From Planctomycetota bacterium (GTDB taxonomy: Bacteria; Planctomycetota; B15-G4; JADJEK01): a stretch of 64,000 nt of DNA. The position numbers and the translations under genes are program-made. Location: contig JBGAIQ010000003.1 in NCBI GenBank assembly GCA_044225365.1, forward strand, positions 192,880 to 256,879, written 5' to 3'. Below the pieces are notes generated by a model. The model saw nothing but the letters and a program-made list of their open reading frames with translations, searched no databases and had not been told where the DNA came from. Below, in pieces: positions 1 to 12,100 of the stretch (the first letter of the stretch is position 1; each line of letters opens with the position of its first letter).

Positions 1-1746
1 GGGATGAGCGAACTGTGGCGAGCGACCGATCTCGTCTCGGGCGAGATCGTGGCGATCAAACGCCTACGTGCCCATCGAATCGGCAACGACCGCGCTCGAC
101 GCCGATTCCACCGCGAAGCGCTGAGCATGGCGGCGCTCACACACGAGAACGTGCTCCGTCTCCTCGACCTCGGGCGCGACGAAAATGGCGACTACCTGGT
201 ATTCGAATGGGCGGCGAAGGGCTCGCTCTCGGATCGCGTGCGACTCGACGGCGCGCTGCCCGAGCCCGAGGTATTCTCGATCGCGACGCGGATCGGTGAT
301 GCACTCGCCGCGGCTCACGCGCGCGGTCACGTGCATCGCGACGTGAAACCGCACAACATCCTCGTCATGGAGGCCGGCGAGCCGAAACTCGCCGACTTCG
401 GCCTCGTGCTCCTCGAGGGCGAATCGGAACTCCACGTTCCTGGCGCCCGCCCGGGCACTCCCAACTACATGGCGCCCGAGCAGGTGACGAGCGGGTCCAC
501 GGTCGACGCGCGCGCCGACGTGTACGCATTCGGCAAGACGCTGTACTACCTGCTCACCGGCGAGCGGCCGCTCGCGGCGGATCTCTCGCGCGTCCCGTGG
601 GCGTGGCGTGGCCCGCTCGCATCCGCCCTCGAGGTGGACCCGAAGAAGCGCACTCCTTCGGTCCGCGATCTGATGTGGGCGGTTCGACGCCGTCGCATCG
701 TGCGGAGTACCCCGTTCAGGATCGCCGCGATCGGATCGATCGGGTCGATCGCGGCGCTGCTCGTCGTCTCGCTCCTCGCGCGCCGCGATTCGACGGCGAA
801 CGCGCCCGGCGCTCCCGAGCCGGACGCGCCGGGTCGGATCGAGCATCGCGCGAACGACGAAACGGCGGCCGCGGTCGCCGAGACCCCGCCGCGGACGGAT
901 ACGCCGGCCCCGCAGCCCGCGGTACAGACCGACCGGATCGACTGGTTCTCCGCAACGGCGATCGCCGCCGATCCCGCGCGCTCGCCCTATGGCGGGATCG
1001 AATTGAAAGCGCAGGACGGGCTCGTGCCGCTTCGCCAGGATCTCGTGTCACGGCTGCTCGAATTCCTCGTTCTCGGCACGGGCGCTCCTCCCGAGCGCAA
1101 CGCCAACGGTCGTCTCGTCATCGCCGCCGACACCGGAATCGTCCTCGTGCTCGTTCCGTCTTCGGACTCTCCCTACTTCATCTCGAAGTACGAGCTGACG
1201 CAGGGCCAATACTCGAGACTCACTCGCGCGGAGCCGAGCCGGCTGTCACCGCGCGCGACAGCGCCCGGGCTCCATGTCGATCTCACGCATCCCGTCGAGA
1301 ATCTCTCGTCGGGCGAGGCGCGTGCGGCACTGCGCTCCGTCGGCCTTCGCCTGCCCACCGAAGGCGAGTGGGATGTCTCGTTCCGCGCCGGGGGCGAAGA
1401 GATCGAGATCCTCCGTCGCGCGCCGTGGAACGAGAACCTCGGCGACATCGCCGATATCGAAGCCCGCATCGAGCGAGGCGCCCCGCCGCCCCCGCGCCTT
1501 GGCGATGGGTTCTACGGTCACGCGCCGGTCGGCAGTTTCGACGCCAACGACTTCGGGATCTACGATCTTCCCGGGAACGTCTCCGAATGGTGCGAGCCGA
1601 GCAGCACCGATCGCGGCACCATCGCGTTCGGCGGCAACTTCGCCTCTCCGCCCGAGGCGACCTCGTTCACGTTGCGCGTGGAGTGCGAGTCCGAGCGACG
1701 CAGTGTGACGATCGGAGTGCGCGCCGCGCGCGACCTCGAACGTTGA
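1..1746 (+). CDS. Ser/Thr protein kinase - TM - FGE-sulfatase (SUMF1/C-lectin fold) fusion; 5' truncated by window edge
   Basis: Window opens in the kinase Gly loop (GMSELWRA). Motifs VAIK, HRDVKPHNIL, LADFG, GTPNYMAPEQ, DVYAFG. TM segment IAAIGSIGSIAALLVVSLL. C-terminal FGE motifs FISKYELTQGQY, RLPTEGEW, APVGSFDANDFGIYDLPGNVSEWC, IGVRAAR. Confidence 0.9.
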   Translation, partial: GMSELWRATDLVSGEIVAIKRLRAHRIGNDRARRRFHREALSMAALTHENVLRLLDLGRDENGDYLVFEWAAKGSLSDRVRLDGALPEPEVFSIATRIGDALAAAHARGHVHRDVKPHNILVMEAGEPKLADFGLVLLEGESELHVPGARPGTPNYMAPEQVTSGSTVDARADVYAFGKTLYYLLTGERPLAADLSRVPWAWRGPLASALEVDPKKRTPSVRDLMWAVRRRRIVRSTPFRIAAIGSIGSIAALLVVSLLARRDSTANAPGAPEPDAPGRIEHRANDETAAAVAETPPRTDTPAPQPAVQTDRIDWFSATAIAADPARSPYGGIELKAQDGLVPLRQDLVSRLLEFLVLGTGAPPERNANGRLVIAADTGIVLVLVPSSDSPYFISKYELTQGQYSRLTRAEPSRLSPRATAPGLHVDLTHPVENLSSGEARAALRSVGLRLPTEGEWDVSFRAGGEEIEILRRAPWNENLGDIADIEARIERGAPPPPRLGDGFYGHAPVGSFDANDFGIYDLPGNVSEWCEPSSTDRGTIAFGGNFASPPEATSFTLRVECESERRSVTIGVRAARDLER

Positions 1747-1758
1747 CCGCGAAGGACC

Positions 1759-2403
1759 TCAGGGTGCGAGTCGTTCGATCGACCACTTCGTCCCATTGCG
1801 ACGATAACGCAGGCGATCGTGCAATCGACTCTTCCGGTTCTGCCAGAACTCGACCGTCTCGGGCTCGAGCCGAAAGCCACCCCAATGCGGCGGGAGTTCG
1901 ACGTCGCGGCCGGCGAACCTCGCTTCGATCTCCTCGACGCGGCGCAGGAGCACGGAGCGATCGGCGATCACGCTGCTCTGCGGCGACGCCCAAGCGCCGA
2001 CCTGTGATCCGCGCGGACGACTGCGGAAGTAGGCCTCGGAATCTCGCCGCGGCGTCTTCACGATGCGGCCTTCGACGCGCACCTGCTTGCGCAGTGCATC
2101 CCAATGGAAGCACAGCGCGGCGTGAGGATTCGCGGTGAGTTCGCGACCCTTTCGTCCGTCGTAGTTCGTGTAGAAGACGAATCCCGAATCGACGACGCCC
2201 TTCACGAGTACGACGCGCGCCGACGGCCGGCCATCGGGTGTCGCCGTTGCGAGCACCACCGCGTTCGGATCGCTGAGATCCAATGCGAGCACCTTGTTCC
2301 ACCAGCGGTCGAATTGAGTGAAAGGATCGGGCGCGAGATCACTCTCGTTCAGCGCGTCGCCGTCGTCGGTCACGTTGCGGTCGGTCTCGTCGTGTCGTCC
2401 CAT
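1759..2403 (-). CDS. pdxH: Pyridoxamine 5'-phosphate oxidase
   Basis: PSARVVLVKG, FVFYTNYDGRKG, YFRSRPRGSQVGAWAS, PPHWGG, VEFWQ, RLHDR, RLAP end. Start chosen at ATG 2403. Confidence 0.95.
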   Translation of the reverse strand: MGRHDETDRNVTDDGDALNESDLAPDPFTQFDRWWNKVLALDLSDPNAVVLATATPDGRPSARVVLVKGVVDSGFVFYTNYDGRKGRELTANPHAALCFHWDALRKQVRVEGRIVKTPRRDSEAYFRSRPRGSQVGAWASPQSSVIADRSVLLRRVEEIEARFAGRDVELPPHWGGFRLEPETVEFWQNRKSRLHDRLRYRRNGTKWSIERLAP

Positions 2404-2548
2404 GGCGGAGATTCGAAGGACGCGGCGCCGTGGAAGCAAGGATTCCATCGCAACGCCTGTATCCCCGTCGCGATTGCACGGCGCTCATTGACTCGCGAGG
2501 ATTTCCCGTCAAGATCGCGCGCAGGTACCCATCTCCGGAGGCAAACCC

Positions 2549-4927
2549 ATGGACGCCGAGGTCTGGGGCGGCAACGACGGTCCACTCTCGCTCGCCCTCG
2601 AGATCGCCGAGGCCGAGTGTCAACAGCTCCGACATGAACGGGTCGACGCCGGTCACCTGACTCTCGGTCTGCTCATTGCATTCCCCGAGCCGATGCAACA
2701 ACTCCTCGAGCCGTTCGGGCTGAAGCGGATCGATCTGATCGAGGCCTTGCGCGCGGCGATGCCGCACATCGAATCGGAGAACAAGGGACGGGCGAGCGAA
2801 CCGATGCCGTCGGCCGAACTGCTCGAGGTGATGCGCCTCGCGGAGAGTGTCGCGAGCGGTGAGACCTTGCGCTTCGAGCACGTCCTCGTCGCGATGCTGC
2901 GCCAGCAGAGCAATCTGCCCCGCCGTGTGCTGCTCTCCTTCGGCGTCGACCTTCGGCGCCTCGAAGCGCTCGCGCGGGCGCACCTCGTCGAGAAGGGTGG
3001 CGCGCCGGGCCCGACCCTCGGCGCGACCGAACGCCGTCAAGCCCCGAAGGTGATCCGCTCGGAAACCGTCACGTCAGATGCGACCGATTCGGTCGTGTCG
3101 CAACTCACACGCGACATGGTCGAGATGGCCCGGGACGGCGAGATGGATCCCGTCATCGGCCGCGAGCACGAGATCGACGCCGTTCTCGAAACGCTCGCCC
3201 GTCGCAGCAAGAACAACCCCGTCCTGCTCGGCGAGCCGGGCGTCGGCAAGAGCGCGATCGTCGAAGGACTCGCGCAGCGACTCGCCGCGGGCAAGGTGCC
3301 AGCGCGCCTCAAGCAGCTTCGGATCCATGAACTCTCGACCGCCGATCTCGTCGCCGGCACGCAGTATCGCGGCGACTTCGAACAGCGCATCATCAAGCTC
3401 GTCGAGGAAACGTCGCAGGACCCGAATCTCGTGCTCTTCATCGACGAGATCCACACGATCCTCGCGGCCGGCGGACAACAGGGAACGGGCGACGCGGCCG
3501 CGCTCCTCAAGCCGTACCTCGCGCGCGGCGAGATCCGCTGCATCGGCGCCACGACCAACGACGAGTTCCGCAAGTTCATCGAGAAGGATCGCGCGCTCGT
3601 GCGGCGCTTCCAGCCGATCAACGTGCCGGAGCCGACGCGCGACGAGTGCATGGCGATCCTGCGCGGCGTACGGCCGCGGCTCGAAGAACATCACATGCTC
3701 AAGATCGGCGACGACGCGCTCGAAGCGTCCGTCGCACTCTCGGTGCGCTACCTCACCGAACGACATCTCCCCGACAAGGCGCTCGATCTGCTCGACCAGG
3801 CCTCCGCGCGCAAGTCGCTGCGCAACGCCGATCAGCCGGACATCCAGGTCGACGCCCACGACATCCTCGAACTCCTGCGCGAGCAGCTCGGCAAGAACCT
3901 CGGCGAGATCACGCTCGACGAGACCAAGAAACTGCTCGGCATCGAGGAGTTCCTGAAGCTGCGCGTCGTGGGCCAGGATCACGTCGCCGAGCGTGTCGCC
4001 GAGCGCATCCGCCTCGCGAAGCGCGAGCTCGATTTCCGCCCCGAACGGCCGAACGGCGTGTTCCTGTTCCTCGGACCGACGGGCGTCGGAAAGACCGAGG
4101 TCGCGCGCTGTCTCGCCGAGTACCTCCTCGGCTCGCGGAATTCGATGCTGCGCTACGATCTCTCGGAGTTCACCGAGGCGCATTCGATCAGCAAGATCAT
4201 TGGCTCACCGCCCGGCTACGTCGGCTACGACGACGAAGGGCACCAGCTCACGTCGAAGATCCGAACGCATCCACAGACGATCCTCCTGCTCGACGAGATC
4301 GAGAAGGCGCACCCCGCGGTGCTGCACCTCTTCCTCCAGGTCTTCGAGGACGGTCGCCTCACCGACTCGCACGGCCGAACGGTCTCGTTCTCCGAAGTGA
4401 CGATCATCATGACGTCCAACATCGGCGCCGAGGCGTTCCGCAAGCGGGAGTCGATCGGCTTCACGCCGATCAAGGATCTCACTCCGGAGGAGATTCGCGA
4501 GCAGGCGCGCACGGTGCTCGAGGGTGCCCTCGCTCCCGAGCTCATCAATCGCGTCGACGAAGTCCTCATCTTCAATTCGCTCGGCCGCGAGGTCATCCAG
4601 GAGATCGCGGTGAAGCTCGTCGAGCGGGCGATCGAACGCTTCCGCCGCGAGAACAAGTCGATCGAGGTCGAGGAGAGCGCCGTCAAATTCCTCGCCGAGT
4701 CGGGCTACGACCCGAAATTCGGCGCGCGTCACCTGCAGCGCAACGTCGAGCAACTGCTCCTGCAGCCGCTCGCGCGGGAGACCTACACCTCCGACTGGAG
4801 TCTCGTGCACAAGATCAAGGTGAAGCGAGAAGGCAGCGCGCTCGTGTTCGAGAAGCTGCATCGCAAGCCTCCGCGCGCCACAGCGCGAGCGGCCAAGAGC
4901 AAGGGTGAGGAGGCCGAGTCGGCTTGA
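2549..4927 (+). CDS. ATP-dependent Clp protease ATP-binding subunit (ClpA/ClpC family, two AAA+ domains)
   Basis: Clp N-domain; NNPVLLGEPGVGKS; GTQYRGDFE; LFIDEIH; FLFLGPTGVGKTE; GSPPGYVGY; LLDEIEKAHP; SIGF ClpP-docking loop; GARHLQR. Confidence 0.93.
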   Translation: MDAEVWGGNDGPLSLALEIAEAECQQLRHERVDAGHLTLGLLIAFPEPMQQLLEPFGLKRIDLIEALRAAMPHIESENKGRASEPMPSAELLEVMRLAESVASGETLRFEHVLVAMLRQQSNLPRRVLLSFGVDLRRLEALARAHLVEKGGAPGPTLGATERRQAPKVIRSETVTSDATDSVVSQLTRDMVEMARDGEMDPVIGREHEIDAVLETLARRSKNNPVLLGEPGVGKSAIVEGLAQRLAAGKVPARLKQLRIHELSTADLVAGTQYRGDFEQRIIKLVEETSQDPNLVLFIDEIHTILAAGGQQGTGDAAALLKPYLARGEIRCIGATTNDEFRKFIEKDRALVRRFQPINVPEPTRDECMAILRGVRPRLEEHHMLKIGDDALEASVALSVRYLTERHLPDKALDLLDQASARKSLRNADQPDIQVDAHDILELLREQLGKNLGEITLDETKKLLGIEEFLKLRVVGQDHVAERVAERIRLAKRELDFRPERPNGVFLFLGPTGVGKTEVARCLAEYLLGSRNSMLRYDLSEFTEAHSISKIIGSPPGYVGYDDEGHQLTSKIRTHPQTILLLDEIEKAHPAVLHLFLQVFEDGRLTDSHGRTVSFSEVTIIMTSNIGAEAFRKRESIGFTPIKDLTPEEIREQARTVLEGALAPELINRVDEVLIFNSLGREVIQEIAVKLVERAIERFRRENKSIEVEESAVKFLAESGYDPKFGARHLQRNVEQLLLQPLARETYTSDWSLVHKIKVKREGSALVFEKLHRKPPRATARAAKSKGEEAESA

Positions 4928-6027
4928 GCGACACACGCATCGTCGCGGTCGACATCCGGCCGTTCGACGTACCGCTCTTCGCTCCGTTCGGAGTCGCCAC
5001 CGGCGCTCAGGTCGTCGCGCGAAACGTGCTCGTCACCGTGACCCTCGCGTCCGGCACGCAGGGCTTCGGGGAAGGTGCGCCCTTTCCCGCCGTGACGGGT
5101 GAGACCCAGGAGCATTGCGTCGCGGCGCTGGAGACCGCGAAGGATGCCGTTCTCGGCGAGGACGCGGGGAACTGGCGCCATCTCGCGGCGCGCATCCGCT
5201 CGCGAACGGGTCCCCACTCCTCGGGTCGCTGTGCACTCGAGACCGCGATCCTGGACGCGTTCACCAAAGCGTGTTCGATGTCCCTCGTCGCGTTCTTCGG
5301 TGGAAGATCGCACGAGCTCGTCACCGACATGACGATCACCACGGGCAGCATCAAGGAGGCCGAGAAGGCGGCGAACGACATCCAACAGCGCGGCATCCGC
5401 GCGATCAAACTCAAGATCGGCTCCCAGGATCTCGACCTCGAGATCGAGCGGATCAGTCGAGTACGAAAGGTAGCGCCCGGTTCCCCTTTGATCCTCGACG
5501 GCAACTGCGCCTACGACGCACGAACGGCCCTCCGCCTGCTCGACCTGGTGAAGCGCCGCTCGATCGAGATCGTCCTCTTCGAGCAACCCGTCGGCAAGGA
5601 CGACCTGGAAGGGATGAAGAAGGTCGCGACCGAAGGCGAAGTGCCGGTCGCCGCCGACGAATCGGTGGAGAGCGCCGAGGACGCCCTCACGATCGTCCGT
5701 CGCGGCATCGCTCAGGTCATCAACATCAAATTGATGAAGAGCGGGATCGCCGAAAGCCTCGATATCGCCGCGATTGCGCGCGCGTCGGGCACGCGGCTCA
5801 TGATCGGGGGGATGATCGAGACGCGCCTTGCGATGGGGATGTCGGCGTGCTTCGCGGCAGGTCAGGGCGGCTTCGATTTCATCGATCTCGACACCCCCCT
5901 CTTCCTCGCACAGGACCCCTTCGAAGGCGGGTACGAATTGACGGGCGACCGGATCGACCTCCGCCCCGTGAAAGCCGGACACGGGCTCGCGCCGCGGGCA
6001 AACTTCTTCGCGAAATCGCTGCGATGA
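4924..6027 (+). CDS. Dipeptide epimerase (L-Ala-D/L-Glu epimerase family, enolase superfamily)
   Basis: KLKIG catalytic motif, LDGN, FEQP, ADES, NIKLMKSG, DLD. TTG start overlaps the Clp stop, suggesting translational coupling. Confidence 0.88.
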   Translation: MSDTRIVAVDIRPFDVPLFAPFGVATGAQVVARNVLVTVTLASGTQGFGEGAPFPAVTGETQEHCVAALETAKDAVLGEDAGNWRHLAARIRSRTGPHSSGRCALETAILDAFTKACSMSLVAFFGGRSHELVTDMTITTGSIKEAEKAANDIQQRGIRAIKLKIGSQDLDLEIERISRVRKVAPGSPLILDGNCAYDARTALRLLDLVKRRSIEIVLFEQPVGKDDLEGMKKVATEGEVPVAADESVESAEDALTIVRRGIAQVINIKLMKSGIAESLDIAAIARASGTRLMIGGMIETRLAMGMSACFAAGQGGFDFIDLDTPLFLAQDPFEGGYELTGDRIDLRPVKAGHGLAPRANFFAKSLR

Positions 6028-6130
6028 GCAGGAACTCGCGAACGCCGAGACCGTCAGGCACGTTGATTGCGTTCCTTCGGACGCACCGGCGTCCGTCCTC
6101 CTCGTAACCGAATCGCGTCAGGATCGATCG

Positions 6131-9100
6131 ATGCACTCCTCGACTAGGTGTGGCCGCGTCATTGCATTCGTTTGCACCCTCGCATTCCTGAGCGGCCCCG
6201 TGCTCGCGCGGCAGGCGCCGAGCAAGCCGACCGATCCGATCGCGATCGCGAAGGAGGCGTTCACGCGGGGCGACTTCGCCGCCGCCCGCACCGCTCTCGA
6301 TGCCCTTGCGAGCAAGGACCCCGCGGACGCCGAGATCCTCCTCCTGCGCGCGCAGGCCCTGATCGCGCAGCGAGAGTTCCCTGCGGCCCTCTCGGACGTG
6401 GATCGCGCCCTCGCGACGTCGTCGGGCCCGGCGCGAACGAAACTCGAGTTCGTGCGCGCGCGAGTCCTGATCGAACTCGGGCGTCTCGACGATGCGCTCG
6501 CGACGACGCGCTCGGCCGTCGATCGACTCCGTGAGCCCGGTCGGCGCCAAGAGCTCGTGAAGCCGTGGATCGACGCGGCGAAGGCGCGCCTCGAGCCCGA
6601 TCCGAAGGCGACGGAGCTCGAACGGGCGGCGTTCAAGCCGGACTACGCGACGGCGAAGGATCTGCTCGAAGCCGGGAAGTCGACGGGTGCGCTCGGTGCA
6701 CTCGCGACGGAGGTCGATCTCCTGATCCTGCGCTGCCTCGACGCCGGCGCCGCGGACGCCCGAGCGAGACTCTCCGCCGCGCGCACTTTCCTGAAGGATC
6801 ACGCCGAAGGAAGTGATGCGTCGCCGGCGATACGCGCGGAAGTGCTCTTCATCCTCGGCAGAGCCGAACTCGCGATGAAGGATGTCGCCGCGGCACGCGC
6901 GACGGCCCGCACGCTCACGAAGATCGAACCCCCCGACGAAAAGGGAAAGTTCGGCAAGGTGCTGTGGCTGCTCATCGCGACGACCGATCTTGCGGTTCCG
7001 GAGATCTTCGACTCGAGCCACCGCATCCGCGAAGCGATCGCGGCCCTCGTCGCGATCGACCCTTCTGGGCTCGAGGCCGAGATCGCGCGGCAAACGCTCG
7101 CGAGCTCGTTCGCCACGATTCCCGAACTGCGCGGTGAGGCCGTCGCCGTCCTCGACGTCGCGCGCGCCGCGAGGCCGAACTCCGAGAACGCCGCAACGAT
7201 CGAGCTCGCGATCGATGACCTCCTCGTCGCCAACGGCGACGTGAACGCCGCGGTGGACCGTCTCGAGAAGTTCCTCGCGGGCCGTCCCCTCGACGATGCG
7301 GGTCGCGACGTGCTGCGCCGCATCGAGAAAAACCTCGAGGCGGAGGCCGAACGCCTGTTCCAGGTCGCGGGTCGCACTCCCGAGGGCGCCGAGCGGACAG
7401 AGGCCCTCGAAGCTGCCCGCGCGGCCTACGTCCGCTTGATGCAGCGTTTCCCGGCTCGCGACGATCTCGCGAAGGACTTGTTCGCGGTCGCCGAGATCGA
7501 GGGCAAGCTCGAACACATCGACGCGGCGCTCCTCGGCTACGCGGAGATCGAGAAGCGATTCCCCACCCGTCCCGAAGTCGCCCTCTCTCGACTCGCCGCA
7601 TTGCGGATCCTCGCGGACGTGAAGCACGACTACGCCGGCTGCCTCGCGAGGATCGACAGACTGATGGCGTCGCCGCCGGTCGACTCCGAGATCATCGCCC
7701 TGCGCGAGGACATCCTGCGACAAGTCCTCGAAGTGAAGGCGAAGCGCGTATTCCGGAAAGGCGAGACTCCGCTCGTCGAGATCGAGTCGCGCAACGTCGA
7801 CAAGGTGACCGTCGCGCTCTACCGCGTGAATCTCAAGGACTTCTTCCTCGCAACGGGCTCGATCGACATCGTCGGCGATCTCGACGTGTCGCTCATCAAG
7901 CCGGATCGCGAATTCGCCCTCGTGACGAAGGGGGCGACGGGCGATGCGCACGCGCCGTCCAAGCTCGAGGTCAAGCTCGACGATCCGAAGGACGTCCTCG
8001 CTCCGGGCGAGGCGATCATCGTCGCGGCGCGCTCGGGATCGCTCGATGCGCGCACGCTCGCGATGTGCTCCGACCTTTCGCTCGCCGTCGTGCGCACGGG
8101 AACCGAATTGCGAAGCCTCGCCGTCGATCGCGCGAGCGGCGAGATCGTCGCGGATGCGGTGCTGCGGATCGCGGACGATCATCACCTGCTGCCCGTCGGT
8201 GCACCGCTCACGCGCGACACCACGGGCCCGCGACTCGAGATGCTCGTCGCCGCGCAGAGCGGCCTCGCCACCGTGCGGACGACCGTGACGCCCGATGCGA
8301 TGCCGAAGACCGCGATGAAGGGATTCCTCGTCGTCGATCGCACGATGGCGCGGCCGGGCGATACGGTGACGTACACCGGCTTCGTCCGCGACGCCGAGGG
8401 TGCGCCACGCGCCGAGCCCGCGATCGTTCGGGTCGTCGAAGTCGATCGCGCCGAGATCGCCCGCTTTTCAATCGCGCCCGAACCCGGTGGTCGCATCCAC
8501 GGCACCTTCCGCGTCGATCCCGCGTGGCCGGGCCCGCACGTCCTGCGCTTCGACCTGCTCCCCGGCGAACGGATCGGCGAGTCGCCGCTCGCCAGCGACA
8601 ATCTCGAGATCGAACCGCTCGGCGCGGAACCCGCCATCACGTCGATCGAGCCCACCGCGGATCATCTCTTCCAAGGGGAGCCCGCGCTCTTCTTCGTCCG
8701 AAGGCGGGAGACCGATGGCCGACCGCGGGAGAACGAGGAAGTCTGGTACCGCGTCGGCAACGAGGAGCCGCGAAGCGGTCGCACCGATGCACTGGGGCGC
8801 CTTCCCATCGAGGTCACGGCCGAGGAGACGACGGATCGCACGATCCTGTCGCTCGCGGCAGGCACCGCCGCGGACGTCGTGAACTTCGACGAGCCGCTCC
8901 ATACGCACGCCGCGAACGGAATCGAGGTGAGCGGCGATCCGCCCGCGGAGATCCTCGCCGGAGACTCGCTCGCCCTCGGCCTGCGCCTCGTCGACGAGCT
9001 CGGCGAGGGCGTCGCGGGCCGCATCGACTGGACGCTACTTCGCGTCCGACCGATCGGCGATCAGAAGGTCGGCAGCGGCAGCGTCACGCTCGGAGCCGAC

Positions 9101-12100
9101 GGCCGGGGCAAGCTCGCGATCGCGATCGCGATGGAGGGCGAGCACCAGGTCCGGCTCGAATGGAAGGACGCGGGCGGCCTCTCGCATCGCCAGACCGTCT
9201 CGACCCTCGCACGCGCGATGCACGAGAGCGACGGGATGCGAATCCTGCCGCCCGGCGCGGATCCGCTGCCGGGATCGACGATTCCCCTGCGCGTCCTCTG
9301 GCCGTTCGAATCGGAGAGAGCGCTGATCGCCGTGTTCGGCACGAAGCTCGAGCGCGCGAACCTCGTGAAGCTCGAACGGGGAGTCAACACGATCGAGGTC
9401 GCCCTGCCGAAGGACGATATCGATCGCGTCTCGATCGAACTGCGCGCGCTCGAACGCGACGAGTTCGCGTCGACGACGATCGGATTCGCCTCGGCGTTGA
9501 ACGTCGCTCTCGATCTGCCGCAACGCACCACGAACCCCGGGGCGCTCATCGACGCGACGATCCACACGAGCCACGGCGGAGCGGGCGAACCCGCGGCGCT
9601 CTTCGTGCTGCTCGACGAGGAGTCGCGCGCGACGGACTTCGCCTCGCAGCTCATGAGGAACGCGATGAAACTGCGGGAGCGCGCTCTACCGCAGGTCCCG
9701 CTCGTCACGGCGACGAGCGGCGGCCTCGACGTGCCGAGCGTCGTCGAGGCGATCGATCCGCTGATCGCGGAGGCGCTCGCGCAGATCGAGCGCGCGGCGA
9801 GCGATCCGAGCGCGGCGGTGATGGTGGACCGCTTGAGAGTCCAGGACCTTGTGAAAGAAGGAAGGACCGGCGGCGGGGCAGGCGGACCGAGCTCGCAGTC
9901 AGGTGCCGGGCACGCGTTCGGCGCAGGTGGCCGCGTGGCACGCAAGCAGCAGGCGGTCCTCCGGACCTTCGTCCCCGGACCGCTCCTCGTGCAGACCGAT
10001 CTCGCGACGGACGCCGCGGGGAACGCCAAGCTCTCGATCTCTCCCCCCGAAGCTCCCGGTCGCTACGCGCTCGTCGTCCTCGCGCTCGGCAAGGACGGGT
10101 CGCTCGCGATCGATACGAAGCGCTTCACGCACGATCCGAGCCTCGAGGCGAGGCTCTCCGCGATTTCGCCGTCCGCCGCCCCGAGTGGGAGCGGGAAACC
10201 GAAGGCCCACGTCCGGGTCGGTCGCCGCGATCGCGGCAACGGCGCCGTGACGCTCTCCGTCGTGGCCCAGGACCTGGCGGGAACTCCCCCGCTCGTGCTC
10301 CAGTCCCTCGAGGTTCCACCGCTGCTCGCTGCGGAGATCGACCTCGAGTTCTCGCCGCCCTCCGCACTCGCGCCCCGCGGCTACGTGCTGGGAGTCGGGG
10401 ACTCGCTCACTCGTCTCTTCCCACCGAGCGAGTCGCTCCCGACGAATTCAGACTTCGCGATCCGGTATGGCGCGCCGCTCGTCCTCGACGACGCCGCGCG
10501 CGGTGAGGTCGGCTCGCGCCCGCTCACGTTCTTCGCGTCGCCGATCGGCGCGCTCTTCCACTACGAGCCCGATCTGCTCGACACGGCCTTCGATTCCGCC
10601 GCGTGGCGACTCTATGCGACTTCGCAGGCCGTGATCCTCGCGAAGGGACGAAAGGCGGGCGCCTTCGACGCCGCGACGATCACGAAGTTCGAAGAAGCTC
10701 GCGATGTCGCTCTCGCGCATCTCCTCGCCAGCTTCGCCGTGACCGATCCGAGCCTGCGCAACGAGGGCTATCTCGCACGACTCCCGCTCTACGTGCTCGC
10801 GCTCGCCGTTGCGAAGACCTCCGGGGTCGACCCCGAGCATCTCGGCAACTTCGATTCGTCGGTCGTCATCCTCGAGACGTCGCTCGCGACGACCCCTGCA
10901 CCGAAGCGCCGCGCCCTTCCGCTCTACGCGCTCACTCTCGCCGGTGCCTCGTCGTTCGAGCGCCTCAATCGCCTCGTGCGCGATGCGGATCAACTCTCGG
11001 CGCGCGAGCTCGCGCTGCTCGTACTCACATTGCGGGCCGAGGAGCGGGACGGCGATGTCGCGCCGATCGTCGCGAGGCTCGTCGCCGCGCTCGGCAAGAA
11101 CGACGCCCTCGTCTCCCTCACCCCCGCGGGCGAAGCGCTCGGAACCGAGCGGGAGGTCGCCGCATTGATCGCGCTCGCGATCGCGAAGGACGATGCCAAC
11201 GCCCGAGCCCTCGCGGCGCGGGCGCTCGAGACGACTCCGCAGGGCGAAGCCGGCGGCGCCATCCCCCTTGCTCTCGTCTCGCTCGCCGCCAACGTCGACA
11301 CCTCGACGCTGATGCTGCGACGCGGCAATTTCGAACGCGCGATCCCATTCGCTTCGGAAGGCGCCCTGGGAGTCGCGACGATCGACCTCGCGAGCCTTGG
11401 CCTGCCGGCCGGAGCCGTATCGTTCGAGGCGAAGAACGCCGACGGCACTCCGGGCCTCGTCGTCGCTCGGATGCCCGCCCCGCCGCGCGCCCAACCCGAG
11501 GCGGCGGATGTCGCCTTCCTTCGCTCCTTTCATCGCAGCAGCGCGGTGCGCAAGGGCGAGTCGAGCGCGATCGGGACCGCTGCGCTCGGCGGCGCTTTCG
11601 CGGGCGACGAGGGTCGGATCTCGAAGCTCGGCCTCGACCGCACGTATCACGTGACACTCCGCCTCTCGTTCGCGAAGCCCTCCGCGATCGAGAACGGGAC
11701 GACGTGGATCTTCGAGCCGGATCTCCCGAGTCTCGAGATGGTGCGAGGTTCGCTGCAGGGCGCCGTCGACGTCGTGGTCACGCCGACCGGACGATGGCTG
11801 CGGATCGACGGCATTTCGCCCGACTCGCCGGCACGAGGCGTGATGTACGACGTGATCGCTCGCGCGCCGGGCTCGTTCGAATCGGGCATTGTCCTTCAGA
11901 AGTCCGCCGTCGCGGGGCCGTACTTCGTCGTGAAGGGCGATCGCGAGAAGTACGAGATCACGGCGGACGAGGCCGACGCCGACGTGCCCGCGACGTTCGA
12001 CGAGCGGCTCACCTTCGGCGTGAGCGCCGAGAAGGCGGGCCGGCACGACGACGCGATCGCGTGGTTGAAGCCGTTGCTCGACGCCCAGCTCGATCGCGGA

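Noticed and set aside
1600-1746. DGR variable region in the FGE domain
   Set aside because: No template repeat or reverse transcriptase seen in the window.
2549-4927. T6SS ClpV or ClpB
   Set aside because: Has an IGF loop, lacks the ClpB M-domain, and no T6SS genes are nearby.
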